Positions 44,357 through 57,432 of a DNA stretch of 64,000 bases are shown here, piece by piece. Within the stretch, counting starts at the first letter, position 1. Every line of letters begins with the position of its first letter. The notes under the pieces are model-generated. The model saw nothing but the letters and a program-made list of their open reading frames with translations. It was not told where the DNA came from and made no database searches. Origin of the DNA: Eledone cirrhosa. Lineage: Eukaryota. Both the position numbers and the translations under genes were made by a program. The stretch covers positions 135,780,001 through 135,844,000 of the forward strand of contig OZ024741.1 in NCBI GenBank assembly GCA_964016885.1, given 5' to 3'.

Positions 44357-44442
<86 letters not shown>

Positions 44443-44611
44443 CGTTTATTGGCTTGTAATTGCGTCCAGTATATATATATATATATAAAAATATGTGTGT
44501 GTGAGTCTTTGTGTCTGTGTATACCTATATATACAGGTATAGATGTATACGTATGTGTATAAAAATATACAAATATATATCAACAAATACATACATATAT
44601 ATGGATATATA

Positions 44612-45403
44612 TGTACCGACTTTCACACCGATCTCAAACTGTGGCACGGAGCCCAGGCTTTGTCCTTCCTATCGACCACATCATCTTCCGTATTCCCAAT
44701 CTTTGCTCCCAAATACAGGAAGTCCTCAACCAATTCTAGCGACTTCCCGCCTACATTAGTAATCTTCTCTGGCTTCTTAATGTTCTCTACCAGATACTTC
44801 GTCTTAATCTCATTCATTCTCAGCCCCACACTCATCGATACAGTCTCCACCCCCTGCATCAACTCCTCCGCCTCCGTCACTGTGTTTGTCACCAGAACTA
44901 TGTCGTCGACAAATTCAGCATCCGATATCTTTTTCGCCTAAGTCTCCTGCTCTGAGCCGGTGTTACAGTAAAGCGGTAAAGACCTGCTGTTGTGGAGTCT
45001 GTGCTGCTGTACGGGTCTGAGACTCGGACACTGACCAAGAAACTCACTCAAATGGTGGATGAATGCTACACGAGAATGCTGAGAATGAACATTAATAAGT
45101 ATATACTGAGGATGAAGAAGTCAGTGTTGCGTGGGAGCCTCCCAAAAGTCAGCTGGAGAGTAGCACAGAGGAGATAGAGGTTAGCTGGACATGCTCACCG
45201 ACATCCAGAGTTGACACTGCACTCAGTGCTTCTGTGGGAGCCCCTGTATGGACGCACTGGAAGAGGGAGACCGAGGTTGACATATGTTGATGCCCTAAGG
45301 ACAGACACTGGTCTCTTGGAGACACAGGACATGGCAGCGATGATGAGGGACAGAGACCGCTGGAGAGAACTCGTCCATGGATCTCCGGAGTTTTACCCGC
45401 ACT
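44612..45403 (+). mobile_element. RTE-clade LINE 3' end with inverted 5' segment
   Basis: Minus 44940-44612 reads FVDDIVL..GLRMNEIKTKY..VEDFLYLG..KAWAPCHSLRSV. Plus 44990-45403 reads VESVLLYGSE..YTRMLRM..LAGHAHRH..LLWEP..GRPRLTYVD..DRDRWR. Confidence 0.9.
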
Positions 45404-45833
45404 AGATAGATATATGTACATATATAAATACATAGATATATGTTGACATACATATATCCATATATACATATATACATATGTACGAACTGCGTTGTCACTG
45501 GTGCTAGGTTATCGGTCTTTCCCTTGGAAGAACAATGCTGGCGTGGAGAAGGGAAACTGTCATGCATTGGCGACTGTGGCTCTTCCACAAAAACACCTTG
45601 CTCATCACTTGTCCATCGAACGGAAGTTTTCTAGGTACAAAACCATGGCCATTCCAAACAGAAGGACGTCTTTATACATGCATATATCGATCTGTCGATC
45701 AAATCGATCGAAAAGACTCCAGGACCCTAAATCGGACCAACGAAACAATGTTTCCATTGGTCTTGCCATTGCTAATACTGTCTACCGGACGCAATTACAT
45801 ACCAATATACATAAATATATATATATATATATG

Positions 45834-45908
<75 letters not shown>

Positions 45909-45916
45909 CGATGTGT

Positions 45917-45985
<69 letters not shown>

Positions 45986-46056
45986 TATATATATCTATAT
46001 ATGTGTATGTATCTATTCACATATACATACACATATATAGATACATACATATATAT

Positions 46057-46200
46057 GAAAAGAGTCAGAACCACAACGGCTAAGTTCCGACCGTTTCGAC
46101 AGCTAGGTCCGTACTGATTATTACCCACTCTTCTGCCCCTAATATTGAGTAATCTCGTGCGTTATGGTCCACCTGGTATCTTACCACACCTTCTTTGTTA
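46057..46200 (+). mobile_element. Diverged fold-back family F copy retaining the inverted arm and tail but lacking the forward arm
   Basis: ccgtttcgacagcta..gtactg joined to attacccactc..gcgttatggtccacctgg..accacac. Confidence 0.75.
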
Positions 46201-46250
46201 TATGTATATATATATATAGAAAGAAAGCGAGAGAGAGAGAGAGAATGATT

Positions 46251-46314
<64 letters not shown>

Positions 46315-46400
46315 GTATATAGCACCGTACCAAACCGCTTGACGACTCAGACGGGATTTTACCCATCTCTCTCGCTGTCTCCCCCCCTCACTCTCTCTCT

Positions 46401-46436
<36 letters not shown>

Positions 46437-46455
46437 CTCTCTCTCTCTCTCCCTT

Positions 46456-46568
<113 letters not shown>

Positions 46569-47046
46569 GCGTCGGTGTGTGTGAATATAGATCTCTAGGT
46601 TCTGTCGTCAAGGATAAAACATTATTTTGAAGTTAATAACTCTATGTCAACAAACGGGTTATTTTACAATTTTCTATCTTATTTCTTATTTCTGAATTGT
46701 GCAATGTTATAAAATATTGAATATGTTTGCAAAGTCAGATTCATGATAGGTTTTGGAGTTTTACGGTTCGAAATTCAATAGCAAAAAACGGATACAAATA
46801 TATGAAAAATATATTAATAATATTGATCATATGGACAAGACATCAACACTGTCATATATTGGTTTCAAAATGGCTGAGGGCGAATCTGTTCCTTATGTAT
46901 ACACCATACATTCATGCTCACCGCACCCCCTCACACATACACACACATACATAAACATACATACATACACACATATATATATATATATATATATATGGCG
47001 ACCTGAAGAGACCTGCTTTTGCTGCTCCAAGAACTGTTTTTACGTT

Positions 47047-47124
<78 letters not shown>

Positions 47125-47147
47125 TACACACACAAATATATATATAT

Positions 47148-47215
<68 letters not shown>

Positions 47216-47312
47216 CAGGATGAGGTTACTAACGGAGTCGTTACAAGCGGGTATATATATAATAATATATACAGTTACAGCTTCATTACCTTTATTATTA
47301 TGTATTATATAA

Positions 47313-47494
47313 AGGTGGTGGATTGGCAGTATCGGTAGAGGGTCGGACGCCATGCTTTGACGTTACGCCCCTTGCCATTCTGAGTTCAAATCCCGCCGAG
47401 GTTTACTTTGCCTTTCCTCCTTACGCGGTCGATAAAATAAAGTACCAGTAATACACTGGGATAATTGGTGGCCTTGTGCCAAACGTAGAAACAA
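47313..47494 (+). mobile_element. Full-length SINE A with target duplication ttattatgtattatat
   Basis: Intact head, core and tail with flanking direct repeats. Confidence 0.92.
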
Positions 47495-47566
47495 TTATTA
47501 TGTATTATATTAATACGGTATTATGAGTGAGTTATTAGTACAAATAAATATATATATATATATATA

Positions 47567-48039
47567 TGGAAAGTTATATTTAAATTGTTGGGTTACAACT
47601 AGTAAATATTTATAACTGATATAAAAGCACTCAACAAGTATTTGGAGTATATTTACGATATTAAATAAATGGAAACTATATTTATAAAACCATATTTATT
47701 TCATTATATATATTTCAGGGATATCATATTAACAATATGTTATGCCTTCTTCAGACAAAATACAATATAGACAGTTTTATAGATAAATAGATTTGACATA
47801 CCGTTCAACATCGACTTGTATTTGAAAAAGTTGATTTGGCAGATCAACTTTTGCCAAATCAACTTTTTCAAATACAAGTCGATGTTGAACGGTATGTCAA
47901 ATCTATTTATCTATAAAACTGTCTATATTGTATTTTGTCTGAAGAAGGCATAACATATTGTTAATATGATATCCCTGAAATATATATAATGAAATAAATA
48001 TGGTTTTATAAATATAGTTTCCATTTATTTAATATCGTA
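47567..48039. mobile_element. PLE pseudo-LTR palindrome with perfect 188-bp arms and a 10-nt spacer, in (TA)n
   Basis: Arms at 47654-47841 and 47852-48039. The left arm extends unpaired to 47567. Confidence 0.92.
47932..47995 (+). ncRNA. Type I hammerhead motif (mirror copy on minus strand at 47698-47761)
   Basis: AUUUUGU-CUGAAGA-AGG...CCU-GAAA-UAUAUA-UA-AUGAAAU gives a 7-bp stem I with two GU pairs and a palindromic loop III. Confidence 0.7.
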
Positions 48040-48181
48040 TATATATATATATATATTTATGTTTCTTCATAGGTGCCTTTTAATCTTATAGCCTGGTCTA
48101 ATTGATTTTTTGTGTGGTTAATTATGCTAATTGGGAGAAGAAATGATGTATATATATTATCAAATGATTCTATGGACATGC

Positions 48182-48219
<38 letters not shown>

Positions 48220-48279
48220 TATAACGGCGAGGAATTAGTTTTGCGAGGTTTTTGATATGAAATCGTGTGTCGAAACAAA

Positions 48280-48880
48280 TATTGTTATACTTGGGACAAA
48301 CAACACTGACCTAAGAGAAGTATAAATAAATAAATAAATAAATAGATAAATGAATAAATAAATAAATACATACACAAGCACAATAACAACAAACACATAT
48401 AAACACACACTAGTAAAGATAGAATACATTAACCAATATACAGTCACCCAATCACGAACGCACATCAAACAAAACACTATACACACACGCAAATGCATGC
48501 GCAAAGAAGACAAAATAAAATAAACAAATAAATAACAAAGAAGACAAAATAAAATAAACAAATAAATAAATAAATATATAAACAAACTAAATAAAGATGG
48601 CGTAGAAAATACAATGCAACGGGAGGAAACAATAGCACCACTGACGATGTTGCAGATATGCAACGAAAGAACTTTGATAAACTATATATATGTGTTTGTG
48701 TCTATATTGTATCTGTATTTTTGACCGTTAGTCAGTCAATGGCAACATTGAGGACCGAATAAATTAAATTAACCGATATAAAAGACACAGAAGCGAAAAC
48801 CAACCAAACAGTGAGTGTGTTCTGTTATTAATTCTGGCAATATTACACAAATATGACCCTCCCCAAGTATAACAATATAT
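48280..48880 (+). mobile_element. Solo pseudo-LTR related to the 39.8-41.4 kb PLE, with hammerhead-like core and short inverted end
   Basis: Shares aagatggcgtag, gaaagaactttga and tgaccctccc..ataacaata with 41036-41418. CTGACGA-T-GTTGCA(GATA)TGCAAC-GAAA at 48641-48668. atattgttatacttggg at 48280 mirrors the 3' end. Confidence 0.75.
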
Positions 48881-49003
48881 ATATATATATATCAGTATAC
48901 TCAGCTGAAAATGAGTACCAGTGATAGCTGGGGTTTAAACCCTGCGATATACTGGCGTCCTGTCCACACACCCACACCCACACACACCCACCCACACACA
49001 CAT

Positions 49004-49047
<44 letters not shown>

Positions 49048-49970
49048 CGAGCAACAATGGGATAATGTCAATTTAGTTAACTTACGCGTCGGAAGTCCAT
49101 TACGTACGTAGTAAATTGAATGAGCGGATAATTATTTTATTTAAAATACATTTATAATACATTGATGACGAAACGTTGGAGTGAGCAACACGCTGGGTTA
49201 GAGGAATGGGTTGAAAGGGAGAAAACTGTACGCTGAACTAGACAGCATATCTCACTCACCCTCCCTACATGGGGTTCCTTTCTTCGTCACCTGGTTATTT
49301 AGTGTCCTATACTACCTCTCAATGTGTACCTTTCTTTCCACATTGAGCCTCATGATTCTTCTAAATAAAACATTACAACTGGCAACTCATCAATCTGACA
49401 AACCTATTTACGAAAACTTCTTAGATCGTAATAATGAAATTACTAATCTTGTATTTTGTATAGCAAAGTCCACACTCATCAACGCTTATTCAAATAACAG
49501 TTCATAACACAATATGATTCTCTCCTCTGCTTCGGCTATTCCCACAACGCTGGTACCTGACAGAGATTTGTTCATTCATAGCAGGAAATGATTATACATT
49601 TAATTACATCATACAAATTTGAGTAAAATTCATTGAAGCAGTCTTTAGTCAACTTCATATTGTTATGGGCTCGTAAGGTCGCCTTATATATATGCAACAA
49701 GTCTTACCACCCCGGCGGGCAGGCGCTGCAAAATGACACCCAGGAAACAATCCTTGCATACCAGATCCAGCCTCAGACAAACGGTGCGGCAAAAAAAAAA
49801 AAAAAAAAAAAAAATTGTCCGGGAAAGACTGCCCTAACACCGGCCAGAGTTACCTCCCTTGACCTGCTGCAAAATCAAAACAAGATATTTTTGCGAGCAA
49901 TGAACCTTGATGTGGATCTAACCCCAAAAACTCTTTCCGAGCAATATAAGGAACACTTGTGATTATTTAT

Positions 49971-50007
49971 GCCCTTGAGAAGCCCAACTGGGCGAAACGT
50001 ACGTAGG
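49971..50007 (+). ncRNA. Hammerhead motif, U3-A8 core variant, in a probable PLE remnant (about 49680-50200)
   Basis: CC-UUGAGAA-GCCC(AACU)GGGC-GAAA-CGUACG-UA-GG. Palindromic loop III, but stem I is only 2 bp. Confidence 0.55.
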
Positions 50008-50235
50008 TGATATTTTAAATAAACATGTTTTAACGGCCTATTCTCCGATTTTTTACTTTCCCACGTGCTTACGCTCTGCTAACTCTCTAGCCCACTAAAT
50101 ATTAACACTTCGAATATTTAATACTGCCGGCACTAGTATCGAGCACCTTTGGCATACGCTACTTGGCAAATAACTATATGTATCACCTATCCCCCCTTTT
50201 TTTCTCTTTCTCGATATATATATATATATATATAG

Positions 50236-50567
50236 GCCGAGTTCAAATCCCGCCGAGGTTGACTTTGCCTTTCATCCTTACGGGGTCGATAAAATAAAGT
50301 ACCAGTAATGCACTGGATAATTGCTGGCCTTGTGCCTAAAGTATAAACAATTATTTAAAAACCTAGCGGTGGATTGGCAGTATCGGTAGAGGGTCGGACG
50401 CCATGCTTTCCAGCATAGTTACGTCCCTTTACGATCTGAGTTCAAATCCCGCCGAGGTTGACTTTGCCTTTCATCCTTACGGGGTCGATAAAATAAAGTA
50501 CCAGTAATGCACTGGGTATTTGCTGGCCTTGTGCCTAAAGTAGAAACAATTATTTAAAAACCTAGCG
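50236..50567 (+). mobile_element. Truncated plus full-length SINE A pair; second copy flanked by a 17-bp direct repeat
   Basis: tatttaaaaacctagcg at 50352-50368 and 50551-50567. The two bodies are nearly identical. Confidence 0.92.
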
Positions 50568-50829
50568 CAGCCGCCCATCTGTCCATGCCTGGACACAGCA
50601 GATTTCTTCTAGAGATGGATAGAGAGTGAGAGAGAAGTGAGAAAAAGATATAGGGGAAGAAACGACTCGTTATATAAGACGATATTATCAAAACTATCCT
50701 CTCTTTTAGTGTATCTATTATTAGAGTTTCCACTCACTGCTTTATATTTCCTTAATATGGAATAGTAAAGTATACGATTTCTGAGAAGTTTGGCTGCTAA
50801 TTTTCGCCATATTCGACGTATCCTCATTG

Positions 50830-51240
50830 ACAGTTGTTGATGTTTAAGTTCAGGCTTCCGACATCAATAGACTATATACCGTTAAATCATCAACAAGCAT
50901 TTATAGACTCGTTGTTACATTATTATTAATATGAAACTCCAATCTATCAAAGTTACCACCGAACAAAACATCGAAAATTTCAAATTAAAGAGGCTATACA
51001 CATTAAAAGATTACAACCTCTAATTAACTGCAGCTGCGTTTACAGGCGGCACTATCTACACGCACGCCTCTTCACTCGAGTTAACATTGCATAATTTGGT
51101 CAATTTTACAGTATAATTGCCGTTTGTGAGTTCATTCACCGTTTGTACCATTCACCTCCAGAAGAGAAACCTGTTGAGAAAATGCTTTGCAGAAAATTGA
51201 CACCCCATTGAAAAACTTATTTCACTCATTCTTCGCTTAA
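50830..51240 (+). mobile_element. Degenerate PLE GIY-YIG C-terminus and pseudo-LTR
   Basis: QIKEAIHIKRLQPLIN resembles LRIKEALIIEKTHPPINN of the 11.9-kb element. Confidence 0.55.
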
Positions 51241-51266
51241 CAATGTTTAACTGATTCGTTACCATG

Positions 51267-51869
51267 TCTATATATATAAAACTGAGGATGTCTGTCTGTA
51301 TGTGTGTGAGTTTCAACCCCTAAAACTAGAGAAGCACCCAACCGACTGTTTTCAAACTTTATACATGTAATACTTATGTTTCAGGGAGTGTTCTGAGCAA
51401 AAATAATTTCAAATTTTTAATGCCCTAGGGACCGCATCAGGCGATTTAGCGATCTCTCTCTATAATTAGATACATACATTAGATACATACATTTTTAAAT
51501 AGATACATACATATAACATCGCGCCCTTATAATATCTGTCTGTATATCTGGCTGTCTGCATTACGTCACTTCCTACAATTCGCTCTGCGTCCAAAATGCG
51601 CCCTTATAATATCTGTCTGTATGTCTGGCTGTCTGCTGCCTCCGGTTATTCAGCCACCCTTGCTCAAGACAAATCTCACACTCATTCCCCAAACAGTTGG
51701 TAAGTGCACACAAGTTCTTCCTCACATTTTAAGCCACAGTGTTGCTTACTTACGTATCACCATATCCTTACTTCTTTGCCAGCTGTGGTTGTGGCAATAC
51801 TATGCTTAGCTAAGGCGGTTATATATTTCACAATATCTTATCCCGTGCAACGCCGGGTACCACTGCTAG
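51267..51869 (+). mobile_element. Non-autonomous Helitron
   Basis: 5' TCTATATATATAAAA and 3' hairpin cccgtgcaacgccggg followed by CTAG|T. Internal 39-bp direct repeat at 51521 and 51598. Confidence 0.8.
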
Positions 51870-52145
51870 TTTCAAATAAAAGACACTGCATATGATTTTC
51901 AAATAATAAAAAAATAAAAAAAAAAGAATTTTGGGGAAGCACATAGTCATTGTAAAGCAGGCGTTTGGAACGTAATAACATTCTTTTTATAAAATTAAGA
52001 TGGAATATTCTTAGATAAACATATACACTTTAAAACAAACAGGTTCGTCTCACAGAATAAGAAATAGTTTCAGGCCTTTTGGTATCATTAACTACACGAT
52101 TAGAATTCTCAAAGTTATTAATTTCATACAACTAATTACATTTAG

Positions 52146-52174
52146 AAAATTTGATGTCGCTAATGCTACATTTG
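52146..52174 (+). other. Candidate 29-nt micro-exon
   Basis: ctaattacatttAG|AAAATTTGATGTCGCTAATGCTACATTTG|GTGAGT, open reading KFDVANATF. Confidence 0.25.
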
Positions 52175-52899
52175 GTGAGTATTGTAAATTAAGGAGATCA
52201 TTGCTTTCGGCAAAAACGATTTTGAAACTTGACTTTCATTACTATCTAGAACTTTACCTGTTTACTTTCACCTCAACATGCACATGAGAAAAAAAAAACA
52301 ACAACAACTCTATGCACCTCCTAGGCTCGTACGATCATTTCATTAAAACTAATTATTAAGCGTTTTGTTTGTCCGTAAGTTCACTGCAAACCTAATTCAC
52401 GCCACATTTTAGATTGTCAATTACAACGGGTGCACTATCAGTGTGCTTATTATAAACTTAGATTTAGTAATAACATATCTAATGCGGGAACACGTCAGTG
52501 TGGCTGTAGTGTGGCTTTTCAACCACGTTGTGTCTGGTTCCGTCCCACGGTGTGGCAGCTCGTGCAAGTTGCATTTAATTATAGTCTTTGGCTGAATAAT
52601 ATCTTCATATTTTCCTCCCTTACAGAGAGGATTCCGGGAATAAGTATTAAGATATATTTGGTGTATCATTTGAGTGTTTTATAATTATGTCCATATATAT
52701 GATGAGTTGTTTAACCGAGCGTTAATAAAATAAGTAGACTCTAAATACTGTAGTCGATGGCATTGATTCTACCCCTCCAGCAAAAGCTGAGCTGTTAGAA
52801 AATATACGTTTAGAGGATATAATATATTAAGTAAATGAATGTCATGGTTTATAAGTTAGGGGCAAAATAGTGCATGATTAGGGCTATGGAGCTCTCTAC

Positions 52900-53050
52900 A
52901 AAGCGTTCGTTGTGTCCCATGTCACACCATACCATAAGCAGGTTGGCCACGATACTGACGCCAAAGGTTGCCTCCTCTTCTTCGGCGTATATTTTGTCAT
53001 CGAAATTAAGGACGTGCCCTTTTAGAGTAGTTTTAGTACTTCTTCCTACC
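52900..53050 (-). mobile_element. PLE RT fragment
   Basis: LKGHVLNFDDKIY..G..VANLLMVWCD parallels NLFMVWWD of the 39.8-kb PLE. Confidence 0.55.
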
Positions 53051-53475
53051 GTATGTGCGATTATTTGTCTCACATGATCATGATTTTTGAGGATCCATAT
53101 GCCTCTGGTCGAGCCGCTCCGTCTTTCTCTGTAGGTCATCTTTGACATCGAGGTGATGGTATGAAGTCTACCTCTTACTGGTCTACTGGGGTATAAATAA
53201 CTAGGGACCTTAGCTGAAGACCTTAATATATACATACGTGTGCGAGTCTGTGTTGATGTATGTGTATAACACTCACATGCCTTTTATGTTTGAGCGAATT
53301 TATATTCACATGCGTTTGATATGACGTTTTCTATGATTGCATATTAACTCTATAGTATGAACTAAATATCTTCAGTGATTGACCACTGCAGTTATAACTG
53401 ATATCATAATAGTTGAGGATATATGGGATTATTACAGAAAACAAAGGAGATGTACCTCTGAACACATATATTAAT

Positions 53476-53663
53476 TGTTTCTACTTTTGGCACAAGGCCA
53501 GCAATTATCCCAGTGTATTACTGGTACTTTATTTTATCGACCCCGTAAGGATGAAAGGCAAAGTTAACCTCGGCGGGAGTTGAACTCGGAATGGCAAGGG
53601 CCGTAACTCTTTGCTGCAAAGCATGGTGTCAGACCGTCTACCGAAACTGCCAAATCCACCGCC
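53476..53663 (-). mobile_element. Full-length SINE A with target duplication tctgaaca(c/t)atatattaat
   Basis: Intact consensus plus flanking direct repeats. Confidence 0.92.
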
Positions 53664-54344
53664 CTTCTGAACATATATATTAATACTTGTGTATCATATG
53701 AGGCAATAACTTGGAATGTATGAGTGCACATCGACCCCTTCTTGGATACTTTAAGCTCTCATCGAACTCTTTATGGAAACGTTGACCTTTCATAGACCGC
53801 TTAATGAAATCAATGACGCCAAATTGACTCCGTTATGGAATCTTTGACCCTTCTACCATTATAAGCAAGTCCAATGATAAATAAATAAATCAATAAATAA
53901 ATAACCCGGTATACATGTGGAGTTAAAGAGTTTGCTTCGCAAACAGCCAATTCTGCGTTTAGTCACACTGCTTTAGTGTCTTTTACTACAACACCGGGTT
54001 GGCCAATGCCTAGTGATTGGAATTCGGGAGACGGAAATTGCAGACACCCGCCATATATATATATATATATGTATGTCATTGTGTTTATGATTGTGGTTGT
54101 GTTGTGTTTATGTTGCGAGTTATTTGTGTTTATGTTAGATAAATAGAAATGAATAAAGACCGGGAGTCGACATAATCGAGGAGATCAAGGCAGCAGCCCA
54201 GCATGGCCGCAGCCCTTTGACTGAAACAGTTCAAGAATGAAACAGACAATCAAGACTAAACTATTATACTCGTATAAAGGAAAGTTATATCAGTATGTGT
54301 CCAGGATGTAAAAAAAAAATTGAGATCCAACGCCCACAAAACGT

Positions 54345-54389
<45 letters not shown>

Positions 54390-55882
54390 ACTATAACTCA
54401 GCGCTAGCCAAGGCATCCCACAACCATAGGATCAGCTACAAACCTAAGGGACATGATCGAGATGACCCAAGGGTACCCCTGACCAATACCCTCAGGAGCA
54501 TGAGTCGCCCACCTAATACCTCGGTGACCAGTAGTAACACTCCCAGACCCCTATCCGTCACCACTCTCGGTAGAAGGTCCCGCATACCCCACCGGTCTAA
54601 TACCCACAACACTGAAGACCACTGTGCTGCGGAGCCACGCCTGCACCGGCCCCACCACCCGCCGAAACCTAATTGAGCAGGGAGGCCGCACCTCGCAGGT
54701 TTATAGCCCCACGGTGGGCCCATATAACCCTCATGATAGTGACCGCTCCGCACACCTGATTGAGACCAACCTAGCTCGACTTGAGCTGTGCACAACCACG
54801 CGATGGACCACGTCGGACACCCAACAACCCCGCAAGAATAGGACCAGGAAGGTCACATGGTATAACGCTCCGTACTCGGTGGGTCTACGTACCAACCTGG
54901 CTAGAACATTCTTTAGAGTACTGGATAAATGTTTCCCTGGGGCGCACAAGTACCATAAATATTCAACAGGTACACGGTGAAACTTTCCTACTCAACCACA
55001 CGCTCCGTAGCCCAGCACATAGCTGGCATAAATAGGAATAGGCTCACTGCCTCTAATACCACCGTAAACCCCGGAGCCACCCAACAGAACCAGCACGCGG
55101 GACGCACCGGAACCCGGACAGGCCCAACTAACACACCGGAACCCAACGACCCTGTGCTCATTGCGGAGGCTACCCAGCCAACCCCGAGTGATGGTAACCA
55201 CGCGGTACATGTGGTGGGGCTTAAGAAATCATATAATTGCAGAGACCCATCACTATGCCCCCTTAGTAATGAATGCATGACGAAAAACGTAGTCTACAGG
55301 TGCAAGGTCACAACCCCTAACTCGGAGCACCACTACATAGGATCCACAGCGACGAGCTTCAAAGATCGGTGGTATAACCATCGCCATTCCTTTAACAGAA
55401 TAGATAAGAGGAAATGTACGGCCCTTCCTGAATTGATCTGGAAGCTCAAACTTGAAAAGACCCCGCACTCTCTGGTCTGGTCCGTGGTTAGAAAGGTTCC
55501 CCCAGACAGAGGTGGGTCTGGTATTTACAACCTCTTTCTTAGTGAGACACTCGAGATACTTCATGGTGGAACCAAGCTATTGAACAGAAGGACCGACTTA
55601 TTCGGTGCCTGCAGACCCCTGAGGACCTTTCCTCAAGCTATATGGATAAACCCCGGTTAAGGCCTCCCACAACGCCCCCCCCCCCCTGTAGGTCCCCTAC
55701 ACCCCGTACCAATGACCAATGGACAACAACAACCACCCATAGTTTGTGGTCCCTATGGTCGATGGTCCACCTGATCCTCTAATAGTTAGGAGTCATCAAA
55801 ACCACGTTTTATTGACCCTGATTTTATATATATATATATATTATGGGTATATATGTATATATTTTATATGTGCATATATGTG

Positions 55883-55929
<47 letters not shown>

Positions 55930-56085
55930 ATATATATATATATGTATATATGTGTATTTTATATATATATATGTATGTATATTTTATATATGTGTGTATT
56001 TTATATGTATGTATATTTTATATATATATATATATTTTATATATATATATATTTTATATATATATGTGTTTTATATATATATATA

Positions 56086-56171
<86 letters not shown>

Positions 56172-56925
56172 TTGTGCGTACATATATATATATACACACC
56201 TGTATGGATTTGTGTGTGTAGATGTGTGTGTGTCTGATGGGGTAGGTGTGAGTGTATGTACAAGTGAACCAACATAAGCCTTTAATTTCTAAGTTTTCTA
56301 AACTATCTAAGTATTTGACTCTAACCATTATTTTAAGTATTACCACCCCACATTAATTCCTCAATTTGTATGTGTGGATGTGTGTGTGTGTCTGTGGGGT
56401 TGGGTGTGAGTGTACGTGCAAGCCAACCTACATAAGTCTTTTTATTTGTAAATTTTCTACTCTAACCATAATTTTCAATAGCACCACTCCACACAAATTC
56501 CTCAATATAAGAATGACCTGTAGTATCTATTTCATACTATTAACCTTAATTGAATATATATCTGACCAGGAATACTTTTTGTGAAAATCAGTCATATGGA
56601 ACTATTGTCATCTTGCCTGACGGTTTGAACATTACAACACCACCTGCCTCTTTGAGGTCAAATACTAACCCTACTAGCATCTACAAACTGACCAATGAGA
56701 ATTAAGATTATTCCTGCTGACAACATTAAATTATTCCTAACAAGCTCATATGGCCAAAGGCCATATGAGCTTGTTAGGAATAACACTATGAACACTGAGC
56801 TGGCATATCTAAGAACTGACTAACAGCCTGATGAGGTCATAGCCATTCAATGGCTATCATCGAAATATATATAGCAGTAAATAAAGGATTATGAGTTCAT
56901 GCAATTGACTTATGTTTCTTCACTA
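54390..56925 (+). mobile_element. 5'-truncated Penelope-like element (thumb, long Pro/Thr linkers, GIY-YIG endonuclease, microsatellite-containing 3' region), frameshifted
   Basis: Motifs YNSALAKASH, RKVTWYNAPYS..TNLARTFFRVLDKCFP, VKLSYS, NCRDPSLCPL..C..KNVVYRCKV, YIGST..FKDRWYNH..SF, IWKLK and LLNRR. Hammerhead at 56821. Confidence 0.88.
56821..56880 (+). ncRNA. Type I hammerhead motif
   Basis: UAACAGC-CUGAUGA-GGUCAUAGCCA(UUCAA)UGGCUAUCAUC-GAAA-UAUAUA-UA-GCAGUAA. Confidence 0.8.
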
Positions 56926-57057
56926 TATATATATATATTCACTACATCATCTGAAAACTCATGTTAAATACATATAAATTCAATTGAACATATTCTGTGT
57001 ATGCCTATCGAACAATCCTGCCATATATATATATATAGACGTTATACACACAACATA

Positions 57058-57072
57058 TATTTATATTATTGC

Positions 57073-57103
<31 letters not shown>

Positions 57104-57113
57104 ACATTATTGC

Positions 57114-57144
<31 letters not shown>

Positions 57145-57154
57145 ACATTATTGC

Positions 57155-57185
<31 letters not shown>

Positions 57186-57195
57186 ACATTATTGC

Positions 57196-57285
<90 letters not shown>

Positions 57286-57335
57286 TATATACGTTATACA
57301 CACACACATGTATATATTGTATCTAATGTACATTT

Positions 57336-57432
<97 letters not shown>

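Noticed and set aside
46610-46900. Possible very degenerate PLE RT remnant
   Set aside because: Only faint resemblance to the YIDD region across frameshifts, which is insufficient evidence.
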